From Candidatus Poriferihabitaceae bacterium (lineage in GTDB: Bacteria; Pseudomonadota; Gammaproteobacteria; Arenicellales; Poriferihabitantaceae), in assembly GCA_965214205.1 (NCBI GenBank), contig OZ243941.1:440745-504744 (forward strand): a stretch of DNA of 64,000 nt, given 5' to 3'. The notes beneath the pieces were generated by a model, which saw only the letters and a list, made by a program, of their open reading frames with translations, had not been told where the DNA came from and ran no database searches. The translations under genes were made by a program, and so were the position numbers. Positions 1-9,375 of the stretch are shown here, piece by piece (the first letter of the stretch is position 1; each line of letters begins with the position of its first letter).

Positions 1-386
1 GGGACGTAATGACCAATCCTGAGTCGGTCAACCATTTCCTCAGCTCTCACTTGCGTGACCGGAGCCGGGAAATATTCGCGGTCCTGTTTCTCGACAACCG
101 GCATCAGGTAATCAAATACGAAGAAATGTTTCAAGGCACACTCGGTAGCGCGGCGGTCCACCCGCGGGAGATAATCAAACAGGTTTTGCACTACAACGCG
201 GCGGCGATCATCATTGCCCACAACCATCCGTCCGGCATCGCCGAACCCAGTCAGTCAGATGCCGACATCACCGTCAAGATTCAAAAGGCGTTACAACTGA
301 TTGATGTCAGGCTGCTGGATCACATTGTTGTCGGAGATGGGGAATTTGTTTCATTGAGTAACCGGGGTATCATTCAGGGAGGGTAG
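1..386 (+). CDS. radC: RadC-family JAB/MPN-domain protein, C-terminal part (5' end outside window)
   Basis: The frame is open to position 1. '[13 protein letters not shown]...[21 protein letters not shown]' carries the HNHPSG JAMM-like motif of RadC/YicR. Only about 125 of about 220 aa are present. Confidence 0.85.
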   Translation, partial: DVMTNPESVNHFLSSHLRDRSREIFAVLFLDNRHQVIKYEEMFQGTLGSAAVHPREIIKQVLHYNAAAIIIAHNHPSGIAEPSQSDADITVKIQKALQLIDVRLLDHIVVGDGEFVSLSNRGIIQGG

Positions 387-393
387 CACAGCC

Positions 394-930
394 ATGAAAT
401 CAAGAGAGCGACGAGACGGCGTTACGCTGGTCCATACCGGCAGCGGGAAGGGCAAGTCCTCCAGCGCCTTCGGCGTCGTGTTCCGGGCCGCTGGCTGGGG
501 ACTGAAAGTCTGCGTGATTCAATTCATCAAGGGAAAATGGAAAACCGGCGAGCAGCTTGCCGCCGAAAAATTTGATAATATCGAATGGCACGTGATGGGG
601 GATGGATTTACCTGGGATACCAATAACCCGGAACAGGATATCAAGACCAGCCGGGAAATCTGGGAGTTCAGCAAGGAAAAAATCCTTTCCGGAGAATTTG
701 ATCTTGTCGTGCTGGATGAAATTAATTATTGTTGCGGCTTTGGCTGGATCACCGGAGAAGAAATTGCGGACTTTATCACCAACAGCAAACCGTCCTGGCT
801 CTACCTTGTCCTCACCGGCAGGGATGCCGCCCCGCAAGTAATCGAAGCGGCGGATACCGTGACTGAAATGACCAAAATCAAACACGCTTTCGAACAGGGC
901 ATCATGGCCGCCCAAGGCGTTGAATTCTAG
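394..930 (+). CDS. cobO: cob(I)yrinic acid a,c-diamide adenosyltransferase (CobO/BtuR)
   Basis: P-loop 'HTGSGKGKSSSAFG', plus 'VIQFIKGKW', 'LVVLDEINY' and 'KHAFEQG'. Collinear with E. coli BtuR. Confidence 0.9.
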   Translation: MKSRERRDGVTLVHTGSGKGKSSSAFGVVFRAAGWGLKVCVIQFIKGKWKTGEQLAAEKFDNIEWHVMGDGFTWDTNNPEQDIKTSREIWEFSKEKILSGEFDLVVLDEINYCCGFGWITGEEIADFITNSKPSWLYLVLTGRDAAPQVIEAADTVTEMTKIKHAFEQGIMAAQGVEF

Positions 931-933
931 GCG

Positions 934-2178
934 ATGAACCGTTACTCCATATTCAGCCTGATCCGCAACGCCATCAGCTATCATCAGAACTGGCAGCAAT
1001 CATGGCGCAGCCCGACCCCCAGGAAGAAATATGACGTCGTGATCGTCGGTGGCGGCGGCCACGGCCTGGCGACCGCGTATTACCTGGCCACCGAATGCGG
1101 AATCAGCAATGTCGCCGTAATCGAAAAAGGATGGCTCGGAGGCGGCAATACCGGCCGCAATACGACCATCGTGCGCTCTAATTATCTTTGGGATGAATCG
1201 GCAGCCATATACGAACACGCCATGAAGCTGTGGGAAGGCTTGAGCCAGACTCTCAACTACAACGTGATGTTCTCCCAGCGCGGACTGCTTCATCTGGCGC
1301 ATAATGTCCATGACATGCAGGAAATCGGACGCCGCGGCCACGCCATTCACCTGAACGGAATCGACTCGGAATTCCTGACCCCCTCCCAGGTGAAACAGAT
1401 GGTGCCATTCATCAATCTGGACTGCCGCTACCCGGTAATGGGCGCCCTGTTGCAAAAACGCGGGGGGACGGCCCGGCATGACGCGGTAGCCTGGGGCTAT
1501 GCCCGGGCGGCGGACGCGGCCGGAGTCGATATTATCCAGAACTGTGAAGTCACCGGATTCCGCCAGCAGAACAACGTCATTCAGGGAGTGGAAACCAGCC
1601 AGGGTTTCATTGCCGCCGGCAAGGTCGGCTGCGTGGTGGCGGGCCATTGCAGCGTACTGGCCGAAATGGCCGGTTTCCGGCTGCCAATCGAATCCTTCCC
1701 GCTCCAGGCGCTGGTATCCGAGCCGGTCAAACCGATTCTCGATTGCGTGGTCATGTCCGGCAGCATTCACGCCTACATCAGCCAGTCCGACAAGGGGGAA
1801 CTGGTAATCGGCGCCGGTTCGGACGCCTACAACTCCTACTCGCAACGCGGTGGATTCGATGTCATTGAGGAAACGGTGGGTCCTGTGATCGAGCTGTACC
1901 CTGTTTTCTCGAGAATGAAAATGCTGCGCCAGTGGGGGGGTATCGTCGATGTGACGATTGACCGCTCACCGCTGATTTCCAAAACCCCGGTGGAAAACCT
2001 GTTTTTCAATTGCGGCTGGGGGACAGGCGGGTTCAAGGCGACACCGGGGTCGGGGCACGTGTTCGCTCATTCGATCGCCAGCGGCGAAATGCACCCGATC
2101 GCGGAGCCGTTCTCGATCAACCGGTTCAATAGCGGCGCCCTGATTGATGAAGGCGCGGCGGCGGCGGTGGCGCACTGA
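934..2178 (+). CDS. soxB: sarcosine oxidase (heterotetrameric type) subunit beta
   Basis: N-terminus '[26 protein letters not shown]', FAD fold '[19 protein letters not shown]', and '[21 protein letters not shown]' are all typical SoxB. Operon context soxB-D-A. Confidence 0.93.
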   Translation: MNRYSIFSLIRNAISYHQNWQQSWRSPTPRKKYDVVIVGGGGHGLATAYYLATECGISNVAVIEKGWLGGGNTGRNTTIVRSNYLWDESAAIYEHAMKLWEGLSQTLNYNVMFSQRGLLHLAHNVHDMQEIGRRGHAIHLNGIDSEFLTPSQVKQMVPFINLDCRYPVMGALLQKRGGTARHDAVAWGYARAADAAGVDIIQNCEVTGFRQQNNVIQGVETSQGFIAAGKVGCVVAGHCSVLAEMAGFRLPIESFPLQALVSEPVKPILDCVVMSGSIHAYISQSDKGELVIGAGSDAYNSYSQRGGFDVIEETVGPVIELYPVFSRMKMLRQWGGIVDVTIDRSPLISKTPVENLFFNCGWGTGGFKATPGSGHVFAHSIASGEMHPIAEPFSINRFNSGALIDEGAAAAVAH

Positions 2179-2459
2179 TGTTCATCATTGACTGCCCCTG
2201 GTGCGGCCAGCGCGACCAGAGTGAATTTACCGCGCACGGAGAAGCGTATATCGCCCGTCCCCGGCAACCAGAACAATTGTCCGACGAAGAATGGGGGGAC
2301 TATGTCTTTTTCCGCAAAAACAGCAAGGGCATTCATTGTGAGCGGTGGGTGCACAGTCATGGATGCAGGCGCTGGTTCAATGTCGTCCGGGATACCGTCA
2401 CCGACCGGATACACGCAACCTGCAAACCCGGTGAACCGCGCCCCGAGGTAGAGGAATGA
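2178..2459 (+). CDS. soxD: sarcosine oxidase subunit delta
   Basis: 93 aa with 'IDCPWCGQRDQSEFTAHGEAYIARP' and 'ERWVHSHGCRRWFNV' (zinc-ribbon SoxD signature). Start overlaps the soxB stop (ATGA-type junction at 2178). Confidence 0.9.
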   Translation: MFIIDCPWCGQRDQSEFTAHGEAYIARPRQPEQLSDEEWGDYVFFRKNSKGIHCERWVHSHGCRRWFNVVRDTVTDRIHATCKPGEPRPEVEE

Positions 2460-5400
2460 CCGCTCCCATCCCGGACAGCGCCGGAAAAAACCGGCTGGCT
2501 TCCGGCGGTCGCATTGACCGTAGCCGAACCATCGAGTTTTATCATGATGGCAAACGCTTGTTCGGACATCCCGGTGACACCCTGGCATCGGCTCTGTTGG
2601 CAAACGGCGTTCATCTGGTTGGCCGCAGCTTCAAATATCATCGGCCACGGGGAATTTACAGCGCCGGCTCCGAAGAACCGAACGCGCTGGTGCAACTCGA
2701 ATCAGGAGCCTGTACCATCCCCAACGTGCGAGCCACCGAAGTGGAACTGTACGAAGGTCTCCGCGCCGCCTCCCAGAATTGCTGGCCCTCGGTAAAATTC
2801 GATCTGGGAGCGATCAACTCGCGACTGTCCCGGCTGCTCCCCGCCGGTTTCTACTACAAGACCTTTATGTGGCCGGCATCGCTCTGGATGACCTACGAAA
2901 AATACATCCGCAAGGCGGCCGGGCTGGGCAAGTCCCCGCTTGAAATCGACCCTGATTTTTATGACAAGACTTATGCCCACTGCGATGCGCTGGTCATTGG
3001 AGGCGGACCGGCCGGCCTTCAGGCCGCCCTGGCGGCGGCGCAGTCCGGCGCGCGAACCATTCTGCTGGACGAGAAAAGCGAATTCGGCGGCTCACTGTTG
3101 AGTGACCGGTCCTCGACAATCGGCGGGATCGCGGCAATCGAGTGGGTCGCCGACATCATGGCCCGGCTTGAAGCGCTGGACAATGTGACCCTGCTGCCGC
3201 GAACCACGCTGACCGGTTACTACGACTACAATTTCCTGGTGGCCAATCAGAAGCCGGGCGAACATACCGGCCCGGCCAGCGCCGGCCAGACTCCCAGGGA
3301 AAGACTATGGAAAATCCGCGCCGGACAGGTCGTGATCGCAACCGGCGCCATTGAACGGCCCCTGGTATTCGCCGATAACGACCGTCCCGGCGTGATGCTA
3401 TCGAGCGCGATTCGCAGTTACATCAACCGGTTCGCCGTGTTGCCGGGAAGGAATATCGCATTGCTGACCAACAGTGACAGCGTCTGGCAAACCGCGATGG
3501 ATGCACAGGAAGCGGGCGCGACGGTGTACGTCATCGACATCCGCGAAAGCGCCGCGTCCGCGGCCCAGGTACGGGCAAAAAACCAGGGCGTCACCATCCA
3601 TCCCGGCAAGACCATTGTCGGAGTCAACTACGCCAGAGGCCGGATCATGGGAATCGAAGTCATGGCGCTCAGCGGGGACGGAACAACCGTTACCGGTCCC
3701 AAACAGCGTCTGTCCTGCGATTTGATCGGAGTTGCGGGAGGATGGACACCGACCGTTCATTTATACAGCCAGGCGAAGGGCAAGCTCAAATATCTCGACG
3801 ACCTGCACTGTTTCGTCGCAGATCGAATGCCAGCAAGCAACTCAGCCATCATGGCCGGCGCCTGCAATGCCTACTATCGTCTGGATGACTGCCTCAGTCA
3901 GGGGTTCAGGGCCGGATGCGAAGCGGCCGCTAACGCGGGATTCAAAACCGGGGCGGCGCAACCCCCGGAAACCGGAATCAACCCTCTGGAGGCGAATCTG
4001 TCTGAATCATCCGGGGGATTGCGGCCCTTGTGGATACTGCCGTCCGATCATCCAATCGGACAGGGTCGGAAAAAACATTTTCATGAACTGCACAACGACG
4101 CCACCGTGGCCGACATTCATCTGGCCGCCCGCGAAGGATACCAGTCGGTGGAACACCTGAAGCGCTACACAACAACCGGCATGGGAACCGATCAGGGCAA
4201 GACATCGAACCTGAATGCCCTGACCGCAATGTCGGGAATCCGAGGCGTCCCGGTTCCCGAAGTCGGCACGACCACATTTCGCCCACCATTCACCCCGCTG
4301 ACTTTTGGCAGCATCGTCGGGCATGACCGACGGCAGTTGTTCCTGCAAACCAGAAAAACCCCGATGCATGACTGGCACCACCGACAGGGCGCGGTTTTTG
4401 AAGATGTCGGAGACTGGAAACGCCCCCGCTACTTCCCACAGCAAGGCGAAACCATGCATGACGCCGTTCAGCGTGAATGTCTCGCAGTCCGTACAAGCTG
4501 TGGAATACTGGACGCCTCCACCCTCGGCAAGATTGATCTGAAAGGCCGGGACTGTATCCGGTTGCTGAACATGCTCTATACCAACGACTGGAGCAAACTG
4601 GCTCCGGGTCGCTGCCGCTATGGCCTGATGCTGGATGAACACGGCATGGTATTCGATGACGGCGTGACCAGCCGCCTCGGCGACCACCATTACCACATGA
4701 CCACCACAACCGGCGGCGCGGCGCGGGTCATGAACTGGATCGAGGAATGGCTGCAAACCGAATGGCCGGAACTGGAAATCCATGCCACCAGCGTGACCGA
4801 ACAATCGGCGGTGGTCGCGCTGAACGGCCCGGCCTCCGCCAGACTGCTTGGCGAACTGGTTGACCTGCCGCTGGACGATCAATCCTTCCCGTTCATGTCG
4901 GTCCGGGAAACCAGAATTGCCGGTATCCCCGCCCGCATATTCCGCATCAGCTTTACCGGAGAGCTGTCATTTGAAATCAACGTCCCGGCCAGATACGGCC
5001 TGGCCCTGTGGACCACGCTGATGGATGCCGGAGAAAAATACGGAATCTGCCCCTACGGCACCGAAGCGATGCATGTCCTGCGCGCTGAAAAGGGATTCAT
5101 TATCGCGGGACAGGACACCGACGGCACCGTCACGCCGATGGACCTTGGCATGGACTGGATCGTATCGAAGACCAAGGCGGACTTCCTCGGCAAACGCTCG
5201 CTGACCCGTTCCGACACCGCCCGGCCGGGTCGCAAACAACTGGTCGGCCTGTTGACCGAAGACCCCGCGCGGGTACTGCCGGAAGGCGCCCATGTGGTTG
5301 AGGAACTGAAGAGCGCCCCGCCGATGGACATGCTCGGCCATATCAGCTCCAGCTATATGAGTCCGAATGTGGGCCGGTCGATTGCCATGGCCCTGATCAA

Positions 5401-6142
5401 GGACGGTTTTGCCCGCAAGGGGCAGGTACTCCATGTGCCAATGCTGGACGGCAGCGCTCACAAAGCCACCGTAACCGACCCCGTATTTCTGCATGCGCCC
5501 GCGCCTGTGCCGCCCGCCGCCGATGACCCGGCGGATGTCGCCGCACCCGCCGCGCCACCCGACAAAACCGGACTGACCGGATGGCAGGCTACCTCACCCG
5601 CCTGCAACCTGGAACCGATTGAAGGCCGGAACCACCTCCGGGAACAGCCTTGGCGCGGCAAGATCAACCTGCGCGGCGACCCCGAAAGCCGCAAATTTCT
5701 GGCAGCCGCGAAATCCGTACTCGATATTCAACTTCCGCTGCAACCCAACACACAACACGCGTCGGCGGCCCAGACCGTCTACTGGACCGGCCCGGATGAA
5801 TGGCTGCTGCATTGCCGACTGGATGCGGTCGGATCGATTATCCAGGCGCTGCAAGCGAAACTCCCAAACAGGCGCTTCGCAGCGACCGAGGTTACCGATT
5901 ACTACACAGTCCTGCATCTGGACGGACCCGACGCCATTGCATTGCTCGCGAGGGCCTGCCCACTGGATTTGCATCCGGCCGGATTCACCGTCGGCGACTG
6001 CGCCCAGACCCGATTCGGCCATGCCAGCATCCTCCTGCACAAGACCGGCGATGGCGACGCCCCCGCATTCGACATCCAGGTGCGATGGAGCCACGCCGAA
6101 TACGTCTGGGACTATCTGGTCAGCGCCATGCGGGCCGTATGA
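2456..6142 (+). CDS. soxA: sarcosine oxidase subunit alpha fused in frame to subunit gamma (SoxA-SoxG fusion, 1228 aa)
   Basis: The N-terminal ~1010 aa are SoxA-like: 'GDTLASALLANGVHLVGRSFKYHRPRGI', an NAD/FAD fold 'ALVIGGGPAGLQAALAAAQSG', and a GcvT-like folate domain. A Pro/Ala linker follows at nt 5492-5572. The C-terminal ~190 aa match the SoxG family: 'VYWTGPDEWLL', 'LHLDGPDAIALLARACPLDL', 'VRWSHAEYVWDYL'. Confidence 0.9.
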   Translation: MTAPIPDSAGKNRLASGGRIDRSRTIEFYHDGKRLFGHPGDTLASALLANGVHLVGRSFKYHRPRGIYSAGSEEPNALVQLESGACTIPNVRATEVELYEGLRAASQNCWPSVKFDLGAINSRLSRLLPAGFYYKTFMWPASLWMTYEKYIRKAAGLGKSPLEIDPDFYDKTYAHCDALVIGGGPAGLQAALAAAQSGARTILLDEKSEFGGSLLSDRSSTIGGIAAIEWVADIMARLEALDNVTLLPRTTLTGYYDYNFLVANQKPGEHTGPASAGQTPRERLWKIRAGQVVIATGAIERPLVFADNDRPGVMLSSAIRSYINRFAVLPGRNIALLTNSDSVWQTAMDAQEAGATVYVIDIRESAASAAQVRAKNQGVTIHPGKTIVGVNYARGRIMGIEVMALSGDGTTVTGPKQRLSCDLIGVAGGWTPTVHLYSQAKGKLKYLDDLHCFVADRMPASNSAIMAGACNAYYRLDDCLSQGFRAGCEAAANAGFKTGAAQPPETGINPLEANLSESSGGLRPLWILPSDHPIGQGRKKHFHELHNDATVADIHLAAREGYQSVEHLKRYTTTGMGTDQGKTSNLNALTAMSGIRGVPVPEVGTTTFRPPFTPLTFGSIVGHDRRQLFLQTRKTPMHDWHHRQGAVFEDVGDWKRPRYFPQQGETMHDAVQRECLAVRTSCGILDASTLGKIDLKGRDCIRLLNMLYTNDWSKLAPGRCRYGLMLDEHGMVFDDGVTSRLGDHHYHMTTTTGGAARVMNWIEEWLQTEWPELEIHATSVTEQSAVVALNGPASARLLGELVDLPLDDQSFPFMSVRETRIAGIPARIFRISFTGELSFEINVPARYGLALWTTLMDAGEKYGICPYGTEAMHVLRAEKGFIIAGQDTDGTVTPMDLGMDWIVSKTKADFLGKRSLTRSDTARPGRKQLVGLLTEDPARVLPEGAHVVEELKSAPPMDMLGHISSSYMSPNVGRSIAMALIKDGFARKGQVLHVPMLDGSAHKATVTDPVFLHAPAPVPPAADDPADVAAPAAPPDKTGLTGWQATSPACNLEPIEGRNHLREQPWRGKINLRGDPESRKFLAAAKSVLDIQLPLQPNTQHASAAQTVYWTGPDEWLLHCRLDAVGSIIQALQAKLPNRRFAATEVTDYYTVLHLDGPDAIALLARACPLDLHPAGFTVGDCAQTRFGHASILLHKTGDGDAPAFDIQVRWSHAEYVWDYLVSAMRAV

Positions 6143-6202
6143 ATTTGCCGTGCCCCATTTTCATGGATTGGTCCTGGACGCGTACGCCGGAGCGGTCAGA
6201 AA

Positions 6203-6973
6203 ATGAAAGCGTCTGATTCTCCCCGCCTGTCCGGCAAAACCGCCTTGGTGACTGGCGGCGCGAGAGGAATCGGCCGCGCGATTGTGGACCGATTCGTAGC
6301 GGAAGGCGCAACGGTGATGACCTGCGGGAGAAGAGAACGCCCGACAGATCTTCCTGACCCGGTATTCTGGATGACCGCCGATGTTTCCCAAGCCGATCAA
6401 GTGACCGCTCTGAACCAGCGCTTCCGGGAAATGCTCGGACCGATGGGTGTGCTGGTCAACAACGCCGGCATCCAGATTGAAAAAACCATACTTGATACCA
6501 CAGATGAAGACTGGGAATCCTTGATGAACGTCAACGCAAAGGGCACGTTCCTGACCTGCCGGGAAATGATTCCGGACATGGAAGCGGGCGGCTCAATTAT
6601 CAATATCGGCTCCATCTCCGCAAACCTGGCCGACCCCGGCCTGGCCCTCTACAACGCGTCGAAAGGCTTCGTTCACAGCCTGACCCGGTCCATCGCCGTG
6701 GATCATGGACCCGCCATCCGCTGCAACGCGATCTCCCCCGGCTGGATTCTGACCGAAATGGCGGATGCCGCATTCGATGTCGCAGACAACCCCTCCAACG
6801 CCAGGAAGGATGCCTTGCGGCGTCATCCAGCCGGACGAATGGGCCAACCAACCGATGTCGCCAATCTGGCCGTATGGCTGGCTTCCGACGAATCCCGATT
6901 CGTCACCGGACAATGTTATATAGTGGACGGAGGATTGACTGCCGCTTCTCCATTAAATCCCTCGTTGTTTTGA
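6203..6973 (+). CDS. short-chain dehydrogenase/reductase (SDR) family oxidoreductase
   Basis: Cofactor motif 'TGGARGIGRA', 'NNAG', and catalytic 'YNASK'. Length of 256 aa fits the family. Confidence 0.85.
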   Translation: MKASDSPRLSGKTALVTGGARGIGRAIVDRFVAEGATVMTCGRRERPTDLPDPVFWMTADVSQADQVTALNQRFREMLGPMGVLVNNAGIQIEKTILDTTDEDWESLMNVNAKGTFLTCREMIPDMEAGGSIINIGSISANLADPGLALYNASKGFVHSLTRSIAVDHGPAIRCNAISPGWILTEMADAAFDVADNPSNARKDALRRHPAGRMGQPTDVANLAVWLASDESRFVTGQCYIVDGGLTAASPLNPSLF

Positions 6974-6982
6974 CATAGGCTT

Positions 6983-7008
6983 CGTCATTCCCGCGAAAGC
7001 GGGAATCC
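6983..7008. repeat. REP-like hairpin 'cgtcATTCCCGCgaaaGCGGGAATcc' (8-bp stem, GAAA loop)
   Basis: Perfect inverted repeat 6987-6994 / 6999-7006, read directly, 10 nt after the SDR stop. No T-tract follows. A degenerate inverted copy lies at 56820-56839. Confidence 0.6.
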
Positions 7009-7166
7009 ACATTCACACCTCAAACAACCCGTCTGACTATTCGGCCAAAACCTCGCGGATCAGGTCAGCAATGGCTTGGGCGTCAATCCCACCACGTTCG
7101 TCGTCACACGTGCTAAAACGCACTGAGAAAACTCAGCCATTTTGGCCAGTTTGTGGAATTCACAGA

Positions 7167-7451
7167 TCAGGCAAACAAAGGTTGAACCTGTAACTGTTCA
7201 CGACGCTGTTCCGCCTGCCACAAATCATATTGGCCTTGTTGATTGATCCAGCTCTCCGATGATGTACTGAAGGCGATGGATAGCCGAACCGCCATTTCCG
7301 GGCTGATGCCTGTGCGGCCATTTACGATTTGACTCAGTGTTTTTCGGCTCACGCCCAACGACTTGGCCGCTGATGTGACGGTAAGGCCAAGAGGATCAAG
7401 ACAAAGCTCTTTTATCATTTCGCCGGGATGTGGGGGATTGTGCATTAGCAT
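7167..7451 (-). CDS. higA: HigA-family antitoxin (HTH, VapI/COG3093 type)
   Basis: '[13 protein letters not shown]...[38 protein letters not shown]' is a classical HigA HTH. Lies 9 nt downstream of higB on the same strand. Confidence 0.9.
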   Translation of the reverse strand: MLMHNPPHPGEMIKELCLDPLGLTVTSAAKSLGVSRKTLSQIVNGRTGISPEMAVRLSIAFSTSSESWINQQGQYDLWQAEQRREQLQVQPLFA

Positions 7452-7460
7452 GGTATCGCC

Positions 7461-7739
7461 TTAATGATAATCTTCATAATTTACAGCCTCAGCATGCCCG
7501 TCAACAAATTTAAAGACAATCCGCCAGTTACCACTTACTGAAACGGACCAGATATTTGCACGATTTCCAGCAAGTTGATGTAACCTGAGTCCAGGTAAAT
7601 TCATATCCTGTGGTTTGGTTGACGCATGTAGTCTGCCGAGAATTAACCGAAGTTTTTTTACATGTCGATGTTGAATCCCTCGTGTGGTGCCTGTACTGAA
7701 AAATTGCTCAAGCCCCTTATGCTGAAAGCTCCGTATCAT
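7461..7739 (-). CDS. higB: HigB-family toxin (RelE/ParE superfamily, 'killer protein')
   Basis: 'MIRSFQHKGLEQFF...GIQHRHVKKLRLILGRL...NWRIVFKF...VNYEDYH' matches the HigB/COG3549 pattern. Toxin-first gene order as in higBA. Confidence 0.9.
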   Translation of the reverse strand: MIRSFQHKGLEQFFSTGTTRGIQHRHVKKLRLILGRLHASTKPQDMNLPGLRLHQLAGNRANIWSVSVSGNWRIVFKFVDGHAEAVNYEDYH

Positions 7740-7946
7740 TTTTGAATTGTAACCTCATAGGTGTCAATTAACAAGCAAGTCTCTTTGCTTAAATAAGCAG
7801 AATAAGTTGTGATTGTCGAGCAGTTAGTAGAGAATGGACTCTGCTGGCAACGTATTGCACGCGCAGCTTCTGTTCCGCCCGACTCATGGCGCCCCTAATC
7901 AACGTTTCGAAACCGGACAGTCTATTTGCTCTGATCACAGGCCCTT

Positions 7947-9320
7947 TCAAAACGGCAACTCAATCCCGGGGCTTACCGAGGCGAACAGTTCCCGGAATTT
8001 CTGTTGGATCGCTGTAAGCCGGTTCTGGTTATCGGCCTCGAATCGCAGGGTGATGGCGGGAGTCGTATTCGAGGCTCTGAGCAGTCCGAACCCGTCTTCG
8101 AAATCAACACGAAGGCCGTCTATCGTGTTGATCGTGGCATCATCGAATCGCGCGGCCCGGATCAATTCCTCGACCAGTCGATGAGGTTCGCCCTCACTCA
8201 TCTCCAGACGCAGTTCGGGCGTATTGACGGTATCGGGAATCGACCGAAATATCTCTTCGGGACGGCTTTCGCTTCGGGTCAACAGTTGGCATAACCGGGC
8301 GCCCGCGTAAATGCCGTCGTCGAAACCGCCCCAGCGATCATTGAAAAAGATATGGCCGCTCATTTCTCCGGCCAGAATCGCCCCGCTTTGCCGGAGCCGG
8401 GCCTTGATCAGCGAATGACCGGATTTCCACATGGTTGCCTTACCTCCGTGGCGTTTGATAACTTCCGGCAGTATGCGGGAGCACTTGACATCGAAGATGA
8501 CTTCGGCGCCCCGATGAAGTTGCAGCAGTTCCCGCGCAAACAGTACCATCAACCGATCCGGCCAGATCACCTCTCCGCTTGCCGAGACCACTCCAAGCCG
8601 GTCGCCATCGCCATCAAAGGCGATGCCCAGGTCTGCCTCCTGTTCTTTCACGGTCTCGATCAGGTCGCGCAGGTTTTCCGGTTGCCCCGGATCAGGATGG
8701 TGGTTCGGGAAGGTTCCATCCACTTCACAGAACAGCTCAATCACATCCATGCCGAGAGAGCGAAATATCTCCGGAGCGCTGTCCCCGGCCACGCCGTTGC
8801 CACAATCGAGCGCCAGTTTAAGCGGACGCATCGGGGAAACATCCCGAATGATCGCATCGCGGTATTGCGGCAACACATCCTGATGCGTCAATGCCCCTTG
8901 ACCCACTCTGAAATCGCGGTTCTCGATTCGTTGCCGGATATGTTGAATCGCCTCTGTGGCCAGAGTGACTCCATCAATCATCATTTTCAGGCCGTTGTAT
9001 TCGGGCGGATTGTGGCTGCCGGTGACCTGCACTCCGGTTCCGCCAGTGTATTTTGCAGCCGCGAAATACAGCGCCGGAGTCGGCGCCTGACCGATGTCAA
9101 TTACATTGCAGCCAGTCGACAAAATACCCCGATTCAGAGCCTGTGCCAACTCCGGCCCGGTCAAACGTCCATCCCGACCAGTCACCGAAGTATCAACCCC
9201 CTGATCCAGCATCTGGCTGCCAAATGCCTTGCCTATCCATTCGACCACATCCGCAGTCAGTGAAGTGGCGACCACTCCACGGATGTCATACGCCTTGAAT
9301 ATCTCTTTCGCCGGGTTCAT
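7947..9320 (-). CDS. algC: phosphomannomutase/phosphoglucomutase
   Basis: 'IFKAYDIRG', phosphoserine loop 'TGSHNPPEYNG', Mg site 'FDGDGDR', and 'GEMSGH'. Start moved to the ATG at 9320 ('MNPAKEIFKAYDIRG'). The upstream 101 codons of the tracked ORF look non-coding and low-complexity. Confidence 0.9.
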   Translation of the reverse strand: MNPAKEIFKAYDIRGVVATSLTADVVEWIGKAFGSQMLDQGVDTSVTGRDGRLTGPELAQALNRGILSTGCNVIDIGQAPTPALYFAAAKYTGGTGVQVTGSHNPPEYNGLKMMIDGVTLATEAIQHIRQRIENRDFRVGQGALTHQDVLPQYRDAIIRDVSPMRPLKLALDCGNGVAGDSAPEIFRSLGMDVIELFCEVDGTFPNHHPDPGQPENLRDLIETVKEQEADLGIAFDGDGDRLGVVSASGEVIWPDRLMVLFARELLQLHRGAEVIFDVKCSRILPEVIKRHGGKATMWKSGHSLIKARLRQSGAILAGEMSGHIFFNDRWGGFDDGIYAGARLCQLLTRSESRPEEIFRSIPDTVNTPELRLEMSEGEPHRLVEELIRAARFDDATINTIDGLRVDFEDGFGLLRASNTTPAITLRFEADNQNRLTAIQQKFRELFASVSPGIELPF

Positions 9321-9375
9321 CGCCGGTTGGCTCCGGGGATGGCAGTGGGTGCGGGCGGAGGGAGGCGCCCCCTTG

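Noticed and set aside
400-999. 199-aa minus-strand ORF antisense to cobO
   Set aside because: It lies fully inside a confidently identified plus-strand gene. The translation is low-complexity (Gly/Ala/Arg/Pro rich) with no recognisable motifs, making it a typical high-GC shadow ORF. The same reasoning applies to 1000-1845(-), 4007-4882(-), 5594-6094(-), 12111-12860(+), 16171-16818(+), 35052-35870(-) and 44431-45183(-).
7021-7166. Possible gene remnant on the minus strand ending '...DDERGGIDAQAIADLIREVLAE*'
   Set aside because: The open frame is only about 30 codons, with no start codon context and no motif I can assign. It could be a pseudogene fragment, but sequence alone does not support it.
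7741-7800. Sigma-70 promoter for higBA ('TTGACA' ... 'TACAAT' on the minus strand)
   Set aside because: The two hexamers are only 10 nt apart, which is incompatible with a single promoter. I could not define a convincing -35/-10 pair by eye.
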